From Planctomycetota bacterium (GTDB taxonomy: Bacteria > Planctomycetota > UBA1135 > UBA2386), in the NCBI GenBank assembly GCA_947444055.1, contig CANEYR010000005.1, forward strand, positions 20,697 through 84,696: 64,000 bases of DNA, in the 5' to 3' direction. Position 1 is the stretch's first letter. Every line of letters starts with the position of its first letter. A program made the translations under genes and the position numbers. The notes below the pieces were generated by a model. It saw only the letters and a program-made list of their open reading frames with translations. It ran no database searches and was not told where the DNA came from. Below are positions 47,182-57,437 of this stretch, piece after piece.

Positions 47182-47994
47182 ATGATCCATCCGACCGCCG
47201 CCGTGCATCCTGAAGTCGTCGTGCCGCCCAGCGTGCACATTGGCGCCTTCGCCATCGTCGAAGCGGGCGTCACCCTCGGGGAAGGCTGCGTCATCGGCGA
47301 CCACGCCATCGTGCGCAGCGGCAGCGAACTCGGCGCCGGCGTCATGGTCGACAGCTTCGTAGTCGTCGGCGGCCAGCCGCAGATGCGTGGTTCGGCGCCG
47401 GCGGCGGTGGGCCGAGTTCGCATCGGCGCGCGGTCGGTGCTGCGCGAAGGCGTCACCGTTAATCGCCCGACACAGCAAAACGGCATCACCGTGGTCGGCG
47501 AAGACTGCATGCTGATGGCGAACAGCCACGTCGGCCACGACAGCCAGGTCGGCAACCAGGTCACGCTCGCCAACAACGTCATGCTGGCGGGCCACGTGCA
47601 CATCGGCGACGGCTCGTTCCTTGGTGGTGGAGCCGGCGTGCACCAGTTTGTCCGTATCGGTTGCGGGGTGATGATCGGCGGCAACGCGTCGATCTCGTAC
47701 GACGTGCCGCCCTATGCGATCGCCGCCGAACGCAACCAGATCTGCGGTCTCAACGTGGTTGGACTGCGGCGCAGCAAGATGGCGTCGTCCGCGATCGCTG
47801 ACCTCAAGCAGTGTTACCACGCGATCTACGCCGGGCCTGGCGACCTGCGGGCGCGGGCCGAGCGGGTGCTGGCGGAGGCGCAGTTCGGCAGTGAGCCAGC
47901 CGGTCGGCGCTTCCTTGAGTTCTTCGTCGGCGGCAAGCGCGGGTTTGCGCGCACACGCCAACGTGGTGGCGACGAAGCGAGCGAAGGCGAGTAG
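47182..47994 (+). CDS. lpxA: UDP-N-acetylglucosamine acyltransferase
   Basis: IHPTA.V, hexapeptide repeats, REGVTVNR, HVGHD, LAGHV, VHQFVRIG, GLNVVGLRR. Confidence 0.92.
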   Translation: MIHPTAAVHPEVVVPPSVHIGAFAIVEAGVTLGEGCVIGDHAIVRSGSELGAGVMVDSFVVVGGQPQMRGSAPAAVGRVRIGARSVLREGVTVNRPTQQNGITVVGEDCMLMANSHVGHDSQVGNQVTLANNVMLAGHVHIGDGSFLGGGAGVHQFVRIGCGVMIGGNASISYDVPPYAIAAERNQICGLNVVGLRRSKMASSAIADLKQCYHAIYAGPGDLRARAERVLAEAQFGSEPAGRRFLEFFVGGKRGFARTRQRGGDEASEGE

Positions 47995-48003
47995 AGCGGT
48001 CGG

Positions 48004-49734
48004 CTAGCTGGCTGTCGCCGTCGGTCCGTGGTGTCGACGGGTGCAGCCGACCACCGCCCCGATGCCAACACACGCCACCGCCCCAATCAGGTTGTACCAA
48101 AGGAAGGCGATGTGCATCGTGAAGTGCACGGCGAACGTCGCGCCAAGACCACCGAGCAGGCCAGCCGTCGCCGCCGCACCGTGGGCGCCCTTCACGAACA
48201 GAGCGAGCAAGAAGACGCCGAGGATGCTGCCGTAGAAGAAGGAACCGATCTCGTTGACCTTCTCGAGCAGCGGCCCGTCGCCGAGGGTGACCGCGAAGCC
48301 GGTAGCCGCCAGGCCCCAAAACCACATCACGATGCGGCTGATGCGCACCGAGCGCACGCCGTCCTCGCTCGGCGACAACCAGCGTCGGTAGAAGTCGATC
48401 ATCGTGGCCGACGTCAGCGAGCTGAGGGCGCCGGCCGCACTGCTGATCGCCGCGGCGAAGATGGCGGCGATCATCAGGCCGAGGATGGGCTTGGGCAGTT
48501 CGCGGAACAGGTAGTCGGTGAAGATGTAGTTGCTGTCCTTCTGCCGTTCGGGATCGGGTTGCGCCAACTTGCGCGCGGTGGCTCGAGCCTTGGTGGCGGC
48601 GATCGTCGCGGCCTGCAGGTTGGCGATGGCGGTGGTGTCGCCGCCAGCCACTTGCAGCATCGCGGCGCGCCGATCGGTGCTGGCCTGCTCATGGGCGATC
48701 TGTGCGGCATCGAACTGCACGCGGGCGTCGCCTTGCAGCGCCGTCGCGCGCACTTGGTGGTCGGGATCAAACAGCAGCGGCTCTTTGCCGAGGCTGTGGT
48801 GCACGAACAGCAGGCCACCGAGCAGCAGCACCAACAGTTGCAGCGGGATCTTGGTGAAGGCCGACATCAGCAGCGCGCGGCGGGAGGCGTCCACGGACTT
48901 GCTGGTGAGCAGGCTCTGCACCTGCACCTGGTCGCAACCGAAGTAGCTAAGGAACAGGAAGAGCTGGCCGAACAGGCCGGTCCACAAGTTGTACTTGTCG
49001 GACCAGAACGAAGTCGCTTGCTCGGCGACGTTGCGCGCGGGGGTCAGCGTCCACGCTGGGTTCGTCACTTCGACCGCGTTCAACTTGCCGGTGGCGCCGA
49101 GGTCCGCGAACACACCGCCGAAGCCGATCTGCGCCACCGTGTCCCACAGCAAGAGGGCGAGGCAGGCGACGATGCCAATGACGATGATCACCATCTGCTT
49201 GACGTCGGTCCACACCACGCCGCCGACGCCGCCAACCACCGTGTAGGCCGTGGTGACGACGCCCGTGACGATCACCATCGGCGTGATCGAGATGCCCGTC
49301 ATCGCCGAGAACACGACGGCCGGGGCGTAGAGCACGACCGCGAACGCGAGGCAGCGCGAAACCAGGAACGTCAGGCTGGTCAGCGTGCGGGTGACCGGAC
49401 CAAAGCGCCGTTCCAAGTACTCATAGGCAGTGAGGATCGGGTGCTGCCGGTACATAGGCACGAACCAGATGCACAAGATCACCATCGCGAACGGCAGTGC
49501 GAAGTAGACCTGCACCCATTCGAGGCCGCCCTCGTAGCCCATGCCGACGCCGCCGATCAGAGTGATCGCCGACAACTGCGTCGCCATGACCGACAGGCCG
49601 GCTGCCCACCACGGAATGCTGCGGCCGGCCGCGAAGAAGCCTTCCATCGTCTTGGCACCCGCGGTGCGGCGCACGCCGTCCCAGATGGTGTAGGCGGTGA
49701 CCAACAGGAAGACCGCCCAGGCGACGAGGGTCAT
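48004..49734 (-). CDS. Sodium:solute symporter (SSS family)
   Basis: FFAAGRSIPWW..GLSVMATQLS, AYEYLERRFG, GG..VVWTD..Q, YFGCDQ, AAIFAAA.SS; start MTLVAW. Confidence 0.92.
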   Translation of the reverse strand: MTLVAWAVFLLVTAYTIWDGVRRTAGAKTMEGFFAAGRSIPWWAAGLSVMATQLSAITLIGGVGMGYEGGLEWVQVYFALPFAMVILCIWFVPMYRQHPILTAYEYLERRFGPVTRTLTSLTFLVSRCLAFAVVLYAPAVVFSAMTGISITPMVIVTGVVTTAYTVVGGVGGVVWTDVKQMVIIVIGIVACLALLLWDTVAQIGFGGVFADLGATGKLNAVEVTNPAWTLTPARNVAEQATSFWSDKYNLWTGLFGQLFLFLSYFGCDQVQVQSLLTSKSVDASRRALLMSAFTKIPLQLLVLLLGGLLFVHHSLGKEPLLFDPDHQVRATALQGDARVQFDAAQIAHEQASTDRRAAMLQVAGGDTTAIANLQAATIAATKARATARKLAQPDPERQKDSNYIFTDYLFRELPKPILGLMIAAIFAAAISSAAGALSSLTSATMIDFYRRWLSPSEDGVRSVRISRIVMWFWGLAATGFAVTLGDGPLLEKVNEIGSFFYGSILGVFLLALFVKGAHGAAATAGLLGGLGATFAVHFTMHIAFLWYNLIGAVACVGIGAVVGCTRRHHGPTATAS

Positions 49735-49895
49735 CGCGCGCTCCCGAGTGGGGTGTTGCAGGTCGCCGTGAGCACCCACAGGCAGGCGATGACCAGTACC
49801 GCCAGGACCAGCGTCAACGTGTAGGTGCGCGCCCAACTACCGAAGGGCGGCGGCGGGTCAACCGGAGTGTTGGTGGAGACGTCGACCATGCCCAT
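49731..49895 (-). CDS. Small single-TM protein upstream of the SSS symporter
   Basis: 'PPPFGSWARTYTLTLVLAVLVIACLWVLT'; ATGA overlap with symporter start. Confidence 0.65.
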   Translation of the reverse strand: MGMVDVSTNTPVDPPPPFGSWARTYTLTLVLAVLVIACLWVLTATCNTPLGSAR

Positions 49896-49985
49896 AGCGA
49901 ACCGTTCGCGTGCACTGCGGTCCACTGCGAGGCGGTTTCCTGCGTGTGGTAGTCGCTGTCTCGTTGCCTATGCTGGCCGCGCGCG

Positions 49986-52165
49986 ATGACTGATCCGATC
50001 TACGAAAATCTGAACGAAGAGCAAGCGGCGGCCGTGGCCCACGGGGCGGGGCCGCTGATGGTGTTGGCCGGCGCTGGTTCGGGCAAGACGCGCGTGGTCA
50101 CGCGCCGCATCGCGCGGTTGCTGCGCGACGGGGTGCGGCCAAACCAGATCCTGGCGATGACGTTCACCAACAAGGCCGCTGGGGAAATGGCGCATCGCGT
50201 CGAACAACTCGGCGGCGGCTACGTACGGGTCGCGACCTTCCATTCGGCGTGCGCGCGCTTCCTGCGGGCCGATGGCAATCGCCTGGGTTTCTCGCCCGAC
50301 TTCTCGATCTACGACACGCACGATCGCGATGCCGTCATCAAGGAACTGCTGGAGGACATCGGGGTTGGCAGCGCCAAGGTCAAGCCATCGCAGGTCGGAC
50401 AGTGGATCAGCAAGTTGAAGAACGCCGCGATGAAGCCAGGCGACATGGGCGGCGGCGATGACATCTCGCGGCTGGTTGAGCGCTTGTGGACGCCGTACCA
50501 CGAACGTATGCACAAGCAGGGGGCGATGGATTTCGACGACCTGCTCGGCAACTTCCTGCAGATCCTGCGCGAGTTCCCCGACGTCGCCGAGCGCTACCAG
50601 GCGCGTTATCCGTGGTTGTTGGTCGACGAGTTTCAGGACACCAACCGCGTGCAGTTCGATCTGGTGAAGTTGCTGTGCCCTGCCCCGGGCAACCTGTGCG
50701 TCGTCGGCGATCCGGATCAGTCGATCTATAGCTTTCGTGGCGCCGAGGTGCGCAACATCCTCGAGTTCGACCGCGAGTACCCGACGACTACGACCGTGCG
50801 GCTGGAGCAAAACTACCGCAGCTCCGCGAACATTCTGCGCGCGGCGGAGACGGTGATCGCCAACAACACCTTGCGCAAGGACAAGCGCCTGCGCACGACC
50901 GCGGCGCCGGGGGCGCCGCTGTTGCGGTTGAAGGCGGGCACGGCCAGCGAAGAAGCGGTGACGATCATCGATGCCATCCAAGCCCTCGGCGAAGAAGGCG
51001 TGGCGTTCGATCAGGTGGCGATCTTCTATCGCGCGCACTGGCTGTCGCGCGGGCTCGAACAGGCGCTGAAGGACAAGGGCATTCCGTACGAGATCGTCGG
51101 TGGGCTGACGTTCTTCGAACGGCGTGAGATCAAGGACTTGCTCGCCTACCTGCGCGTGCTGGTCAATCCGCTCGACGACGTCAGCATGGCGCGCGTCGCC
51201 AACGTGCCGGCGCGAGGGCTGGGCAAAGCCGGACTCGAAAAGCTGCGGCACATCGCGCAGCACGAAGGCATGTCGCTGCGCGAAGCGATCGGTGAGACGT
51301 CGCTGCATGGTGAGTTCGGGCCGAAAGCGAGGAAGGGGCTGGCGGAGCTGGCGCACACGCTCGAGCGCGCCAAGTTGGCGGCAGCTAGTGGGGCGCACGC
51401 GGCGTTGAAGGTGATTCTCACTGGCACCAACTACCTGCAGCACGCGACGAGTTTTGGCGATGCCGAGGACAGCACGCGCGAAGAGAACATCGCGGAGCTG
51501 GTCAGCGATACCGTGCAATACGACAAGGCGCCGCCGGGGCCGGTCGAGGACGACGAGCCGGTGACCGGGCTCTCTGGCTACCTGCAGCACGTGGCGTTGC
51601 TGACGTCGGCCGACACCAAGGGCGACGGGCCAGCGGTGCGCATGATGACGGTGCATGCCGCCAAGGGGCTCGAGTTCGACCACGTGTTCGTCGTCGGGCT
51701 CGAAGAGGGCACGTTCCCGAGCATGCGCGTCACCGACGACCCGGCAGGCCTCGAAGAAGAGCGGCGGTTGATGTACGTGGCGCTGACCAGAGCAAGGCGC
51801 ACGTTGTTCTTGAGTTCGGTGCGCGAGCGCATGATCAACGGCGAGACGCAGACGCTGCGCCCGTCGCGCTTCTTGAAGGAGCTGCCGACCGAAGGGGTCG
51901 AGACCTATGCGCCGTCGTGGCGTCGCTACGAAGCCGACGACGATGGCGCTCGCAGTTCGGGCTGGAGCGTGACGCCTGATCCGGAAGCGCTGGCCGCCCT
52001 GCGACCGGGTGCGCGCGTGCGCCACGACATGTACGGCAACGGGGCGGTGCGCCGATTGGCTGGGCGCGGCGTCCATGCGCGGGCCGTGGTGCGGTTCGAG
52101 GACGGCGTTGAGCGTGAGTTCGTGCTCGAGTACGCGGGCTTGAAGTTGCTCGAGGACCTGGAGTT

Positions 52166-52169
<4 letters not shown>
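49986..52169 (+). CDS. pcrA: UvrD/PcrA ATP-dependent DNA helicase
   Basis: AGAGSGKT, TFTNKAA, VDEFQDTN, GDPDQSIY, EQNYRS, HAAKGLEF, EEERRLMYVALTRA; C-terminal Tudor-like domain. Confidence 0.96.
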
Positions 52170-53071
<902 letters not shown>

Positions 53072-53077
<6 letters not shown>

Positions 53078-53131
53078 GTCCCGACTGGCTGGGCCCCGAC
53101 GAGCTGGGCCCCGATTGGCCGAGTCCGATTG
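53072..53131. repeat. Degenerate ~15-bp tandem repeat x4
   Basis: gactgagtcccgact / ggctgggccccgacg / agctgggccccgatt / ggccgagtccgattg. Confidence 0.7.
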
Positions 53132-53195
53132 GGCGTGACGCGCGGCGGCCTATTTTCTGAACCGATGGCGGGACGCTACGTTCCGCGCCACTCGC

Positions 53196-55352
53196 ATGCC
53201 GACCTCGTCTCCCCAACCGATCTCTCTCATCTTGGCCGCAGCCGTCGCGGCGAGTTGGTGCCCGTCGATCTGCCGCGCGCAGGGCACTGCCCAGGATCCG
53301 GCCGCCGTGCCGCAGAACCCTGCCACCAAGGTCGTCGTCACGGCCTCGCGCACCGAACAGGATGCGTTCGACGCCCCGCGCTCGATCGACGTGGTGTCGA
53401 GCGACGACTTGGCGCGCGGCCAATTCCGCTCGCTGCCGCAGGCGATGCGGCAGTTGCCGAGCTTGATGATCCAAGAAACGGCGCCCGGTCAAGGCTCGCC
53501 GTTCTTGCGTGGCTTCACGGGCTACAACAACCTGCTGCTGATCGACGGCATCCGCCTCAACAATTCGACCTTCCGTTCGGGGCCCAACCAGTACTGGTCG
53601 ACGATCGATCCGCTGTCGCTCGATCGCATCGAAGTGCTGCGCGGCCCGGCCTCGGCCCTCTACGGCAGTGACGCCGTTGGTGGCACCGTGCAGGTGTTCA
53701 CGAAGAGCGCCGATCGGTTCGCCAGCCAAGGCGTCGCCTATGGCGGGGCGCTGCTCGGCCGCTATGGCTCGGCCGAAGACTCGCCGACCGTGCGCGGCGA
53801 ACTGCAGGTCAGTCTGACGCGGGACGATGGCCTGCGCACTGGGGTGCTGCTGGGCGGCGACGCGCGCGAGCTTGGCGACATCGAGGGCGGGCGCGCCACC
53901 GGCTTGCAGCCAAACACCCAGCACAGTGAGACTGCGATCGACTTGAAGATCGAACATTGGCTGGCGACAGACACCAAGCTGGTCTTCCTGCACCAGGAGA
54001 TGGCGCAGAACAACGTGCCGCGTACGCATGCGACGATTTTCGGGGAGAGCTATGCCGGCACGACGGTGGGCACCGACCTGCAGCGCGACCTCGACCAGAA
54101 TCGACGGCTCACTTACCTGCAACTGCACAAGACCGGGATGCTCGGGCCGGTGCAGGCGATGCACCTGTCGCTGTCGTGGCAGACCCAGCGCGAACTCGAG
54201 GACCGCATCACCAGCGCCAACTCCGAACGTTGGCAAGCATTCGAAGTCGGCACCGTCGGCGCCTTCGCGCAGTTCGAAAGCGACGCGGGCAGCCTTGGTC
54301 GTTTGACCTACGGCCTCGACTATTACCACGACAACGTGAACTCCTGGTTCCGTCGTTCGGGCACGCCGCAGGCGAGCGATCCGATCCAAGGCCAGGTCGC
54401 CAATGACGCCAGCTACGACTTGTTGGGTGTGTTCGTGCAGGATGAGCTGCCGATCTCCGACGGCCTGCAGGCGCAGTTTGGTCTGCGTTACACATGGGCC
54501 GAGGCCGATGCCGACAGCGTGCGCGATCCGTCGAACGCCAAGATTGCGCTGGGCGACAGTTGGGATGCGCTGACGGCGAACGTGCATCTGCGCGCCACCG
54601 TCGCCGCTGGCTGGAACGTATTTGGTGGAGTCAGCCAGGGCTTCCGCGCGCCGTCGTTGAGCGACCTGTCGAGTTTCGAAGTCGCCCGCAGTGGCGAGCA
54701 GGAAGTGCCAACGCCGGGTTTGCAAGAGGAGCAGTATCTCGGCTACGAGGTCGGCACCAAGGTGCGCCGGGAGTCACTGAGTGGGCAGTTGGCGTGGTAC
54801 TACACGGACATCGAGGACCAGATCCTGCGCTTCCCGACCGGGGCGACCAACGCGTCAGGGCAGCCGATCGTCACCAAGGCGAACGTCGGCGAAGGCTATG
54901 TGCAGGGCATCGAACTGCAGTACGGCTGGGACCTGCTGACGCGCACGACGCTGTTTGGCGTCAACAGCTGGCAGTACGGGCGCATTTCGAACTTCAACAA
55001 CAACGGCACGGTGCGCGGCGAGGAGTTCGTCTCGCGATTGATGCCGTTCACGACCATCGTCGGGCTGCGGTGGGAGGACATCGCGGGCCGCTGCCATGCC
55101 GTCACTGAGGTCGTGCGGGCCGAGGACGCGGACAAGACGTCGGCTGGTGACAATCGCGACACCCAACGCATTCCGCCGGGCGGCACGCCTGGCTACACGA
55201 CCTGGAATCTGCGCTGCGGCTGGCAGCTCGATGACCGCACCGATCTCGAGCTGGCCTGCGAGAACATCACGGACGTCGACTACCGCGTGCACGGTTCGGG
55301 CAGCAATGGGCTTGGCCGCAACTTCGTGATCGGCATGCGCGTGGTGTTCTAG
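53196..55352 (+). CDS. TonB-dependent outer-membrane receptor
   Basis: TonB box-like VVVTASR, plug motifs 'LIDGIRLN' and 'RIEVLRGPASALYGSDAVGG', 'GFRAP', 'ENITD..Y', terminal Phe. Confidence 0.93.
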   Translation: MPTSSPQPISLILAAAVAASWCPSICRAQGTAQDPAAVPQNPATKVVVTASRTEQDAFDAPRSIDVVSSDDLARGQFRSLPQAMRQLPSLMIQETAPGQGSPFLRGFTGYNNLLLIDGIRLNNSTFRSGPNQYWSTIDPLSLDRIEVLRGPASALYGSDAVGGTVQVFTKSADRFASQGVAYGGALLGRYGSAEDSPTVRGELQVSLTRDDGLRTGVLLGGDARELGDIEGGRATGLQPNTQHSETAIDLKIEHWLATDTKLVFLHQEMAQNNVPRTHATIFGESYAGTTVGTDLQRDLDQNRRLTYLQLHKTGMLGPVQAMHLSLSWQTQRELEDRITSANSERWQAFEVGTVGAFAQFESDAGSLGRLTYGLDYYHDNVNSWFRRSGTPQASDPIQGQVANDASYDLLGVFVQDELPISDGLQAQFGLRYTWAEADADSVRDPSNAKIALGDSWDALTANVHLRATVAAGWNVFGGVSQGFRAPSLSDLSSFEVARSGEQEVPTPGLQEEQYLGYEVGTKVRRESLSGQLAWYYTDIEDQILRFPTGATNASGQPIVTKANVGEGYVQGIELQYGWDLLTRTTLFGVNSWQYGRISNFNNNGTVRGEEFVSRLMPFTTIVGLRWEDIAGRCHAVTEVVRAEDADKTSAGDNRDTQRIPPGGTPGYTTWNLRCGWQLDDRTDLELACENITDVDYRVHGSGSNGLGRNFVIGMRVVF

Positions 55353-55475
55353 AAGCAGCACGCAAGCCAGTCCCGCAACGAGCCTTTGGCTCGGCCTGGC
55401 GTCTCAAGTTCGTGCCGCTGAAGACCGAAAAGTGGCCTGTGCCGGTGCCTTCTCATGGTGCCGTCCCGGGAGCGC

Positions 55476-56312
55476 ATGAAATCGGTCAACGAGATCAAAG
55501 AAGCCCTGTCGGCGCGTTCGCGAACCGCGACTCTTGATGAGTTGCGCGACGAAGGCCGCAAGCGCGTACGGCTGATTCGCGCCGAGCACGTCGCGGCGAT
55601 GATCTCGGAGGCCGTGCATTCGGCGATCGAGCAGTCGGGGCTGGTGGCTCCGGCGGAAGTCGAAAAGCTCGTCGACAAGAGTCGCCAAGAGTTCCGCGCG
55701 ATCCTGCGCGAGCGGGAACAGGAGCAACAGCGCGCGCACGACAACGAGCAGGCGCTGCAAGAACGCGAGCAGCAGCTCGCCGAGTTGAAGCAGAGTTTCG
55801 CGGACGTGGCGCAGTCGCTGGCTTCGACGCAAGCGATGTTGGCGCAGGCCAAGGCGGAGATGGAATCGGTGCGCAGCGACGCGGCAAAGGCCGTGGCGGC
55901 AGCGCAGGCCGTGCCGGCCCCGGTTGCGGCGCCAGCTCCCGCGCCAGCAGCCGCGGCGCCAAGCCACGACCTGCTGTTCTCGCTGGTTCAGGAGATGGCC
56001 AACATGAAGGCCAGCATGATGCACCAGCAGGCGACGGCCCAGGCGCTTGCACCGGCGGCATCGGTTCCCGACTTCTCCGCGGCGATCGAGAAACTGACGG
56101 GTTCGCTCAACGACCGGTTGGAAAAGCTGGGCAAGAAGATGGGCGTCAGTGCGGCGGTCACCAGTGATGCGCCCGTTGACTTCGGCAGCATGTTCAAGGA
56201 CTCGGACAAGGAGCTTGAGTCGAACATGAACAACATCGAGATCAAGCAGAAGACGGGTGGCGGCATCGCTGCGAACCTGGCGCGCTTGAAGAAACTCAAG
56301 GGCGGCGGCTAG
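55476..56312 (+). CDS. Coiled-coil protein upstream of the actin-like ATPase
   Basis: ATG after gggag RBS; long Glu/Gln/Ala heptad region, Pro/Ala linkers, basic C-terminal helix IAANLARLKKLKGGG. Confidence 0.8.
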   Translation: MKSVNEIKEALSARSRTATLDELRDEGRKRVRLIRAEHVAAMISEAVHSAIEQSGLVAPAEVEKLVDKSRQEFRAILREREQEQQRAHDNEQALQEREQQLAELKQSFADVAQSLASTQAMLAQAKAEMESVRSDAAKAVAAAQAVPAPVAAPAPAPAAAAPSHDLLFSLVQEMANMKASMMHQQATAQALAPAASVPDFSAAIEKLTGSLNDRLEKLGKKMGVSAAVTSDAPVDFGSMFKDSDKELESNMNNIEIKQKTGGGIAANLARLKKLKGGG

Positions 56313-56357
56313 CCGTTCTCACACCCAATCCACTCCACGGGAGCAAGACGAAGAGCC

Positions 56358-57398
56358 ATGACGCAGAACAAGATCGATTCTAAGGCGGACCAAGTTGCTG
56401 AGACGGCCGTTGCCCTGGGCAAGGGCCTCGACGTTGGTACTGCGAATCTCGCCGCCGCCGTGCAGAACGACGAAGGTGGCATCACGGTGACCGTGGAGCG
56501 CAACGCGTTCCTCGACATCCCGAGCGACGTCTACAGCAAGAACATGCTGACGAAGCTCAAGGTGCCTTATGTCGTGCACAACGGCAAGCTCGTCGTCATC
56601 GGCGAAGCTGCCTTTGAGCTCGCCAACGTGTTCGGTCGTGAGACGCGTCGCCCGATGTGCGATGGCCTCATCAGCCCGAACGAGCAGGACGCGCTGCCGA
56701 TGATGAAGATGATCATCCAGAAGATCCTGGGTGAGCCGCGGGTGCAGGGCGAGAACTGCTACTTCTGCGTGCCCGCGCCGTCGCTCGACGTCGACAACAA
56801 CGTCGTCTACCACCAAGGCCTGTTCGAGAGCCTGATCAACAAGCTCGGCTACAAGGCGCACGCAGTCAACGAAGCGCACGCGGTCGTGTTTGCAGAGTTG
56901 GCTGAGAATGACTTCACCGGCATCGGCCTGTCGTTCGGTGGTGGCATGGCGAATGCGTGCATCACCTACAAGTCGATCCCGTGCCTGTCGTTCTCGGTCG
57001 CGCGCGGCGGCGACTGGATCGACAAGAACGTCGCCAACGTGCTCGGCTGCCCGCGCAGCAAGGCGGCGCATATCAAGGAGCGCGGCATCGACATCCGCGA
57101 CCCGAAGAGCCGCGAGGAAGAGGCGGTCGCGATCTACTACCGGAGCCTGATCAGCTACGTGCTGGCGAACATCAAGGCGCGCTTTGAGTCCGGCCAGAAC
57201 ATGCCGAGCTTCCAGAACCCAATCGACATCGTCTGTGCCGGCGGCACGTCGATGGTCGGTGGCTTCATCGAGGTCTTCCGCGACGAGTTCGCGAAGATCG
57301 ACTTCCCGCTGCCCGTCGGGCGCATCTTCCGCAGTGAAGAAGCCCTGACCGCAGTCGCCAAAGGCTGCCTCGTCGCCGCCGCCATCGGCGAAAGCTGA
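56358..57398 (+). CDS. Actin-fold ATPase (volactin-like, divergent from MreB/FtsA)
   Basis: Phosphate-1 GLDVGTA, connect-1 VNEAHAV, phosphate-2 GLSFGGG, GGDWID, adenosine VCAGGTS, connect-2 VAKGCL. Confidence 0.88.
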   Translation: MTQNKIDSKADQVAETAVALGKGLDVGTANLAAAVQNDEGGITVTVERNAFLDIPSDVYSKNMLTKLKVPYVVHNGKLVVIGEAAFELANVFGRETRRPMCDGLISPNEQDALPMMKMIIQKILGEPRVQGENCYFCVPAPSLDVDNNVVYHQGLFESLINKLGYKAHAVNEAHAVVFAELAENDFTGIGLSFGGGMANACITYKSIPCLSFSVARGGDWIDKNVANVLGCPRSKAAHIKERGIDIRDPKSREEEAVAIYYRSLISYVLANIKARFESGQNMPSFQNPIDIVCAGGTSMVGGFIEVFRDEFAKIDFPLPVGRIFRSEEALTAVAKGCLVAAAIGES

Positions 57399-57417
57399 GC
57401 GAGCGAGGCTGACGGCG

Positions 57418-57434
57418 CGGGGTTGCGAGCCCCG
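57418..57434. terminator. GC-rich hairpin between convergent actin and amidase genes
   Basis: CGGGGTT-GCG-AGCCCCG; no U-tract. Confidence 0.45.
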
Positions 57435-57437
57435 GGT

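Noticed and set aside
56358-57398. Calling the actin-like gene mreB, ftsA or parM
   Set aside because: Lacks MreB signatures and mreCD context, has no dcw context for ftsA, and no plasmid or parC repeats are seen.
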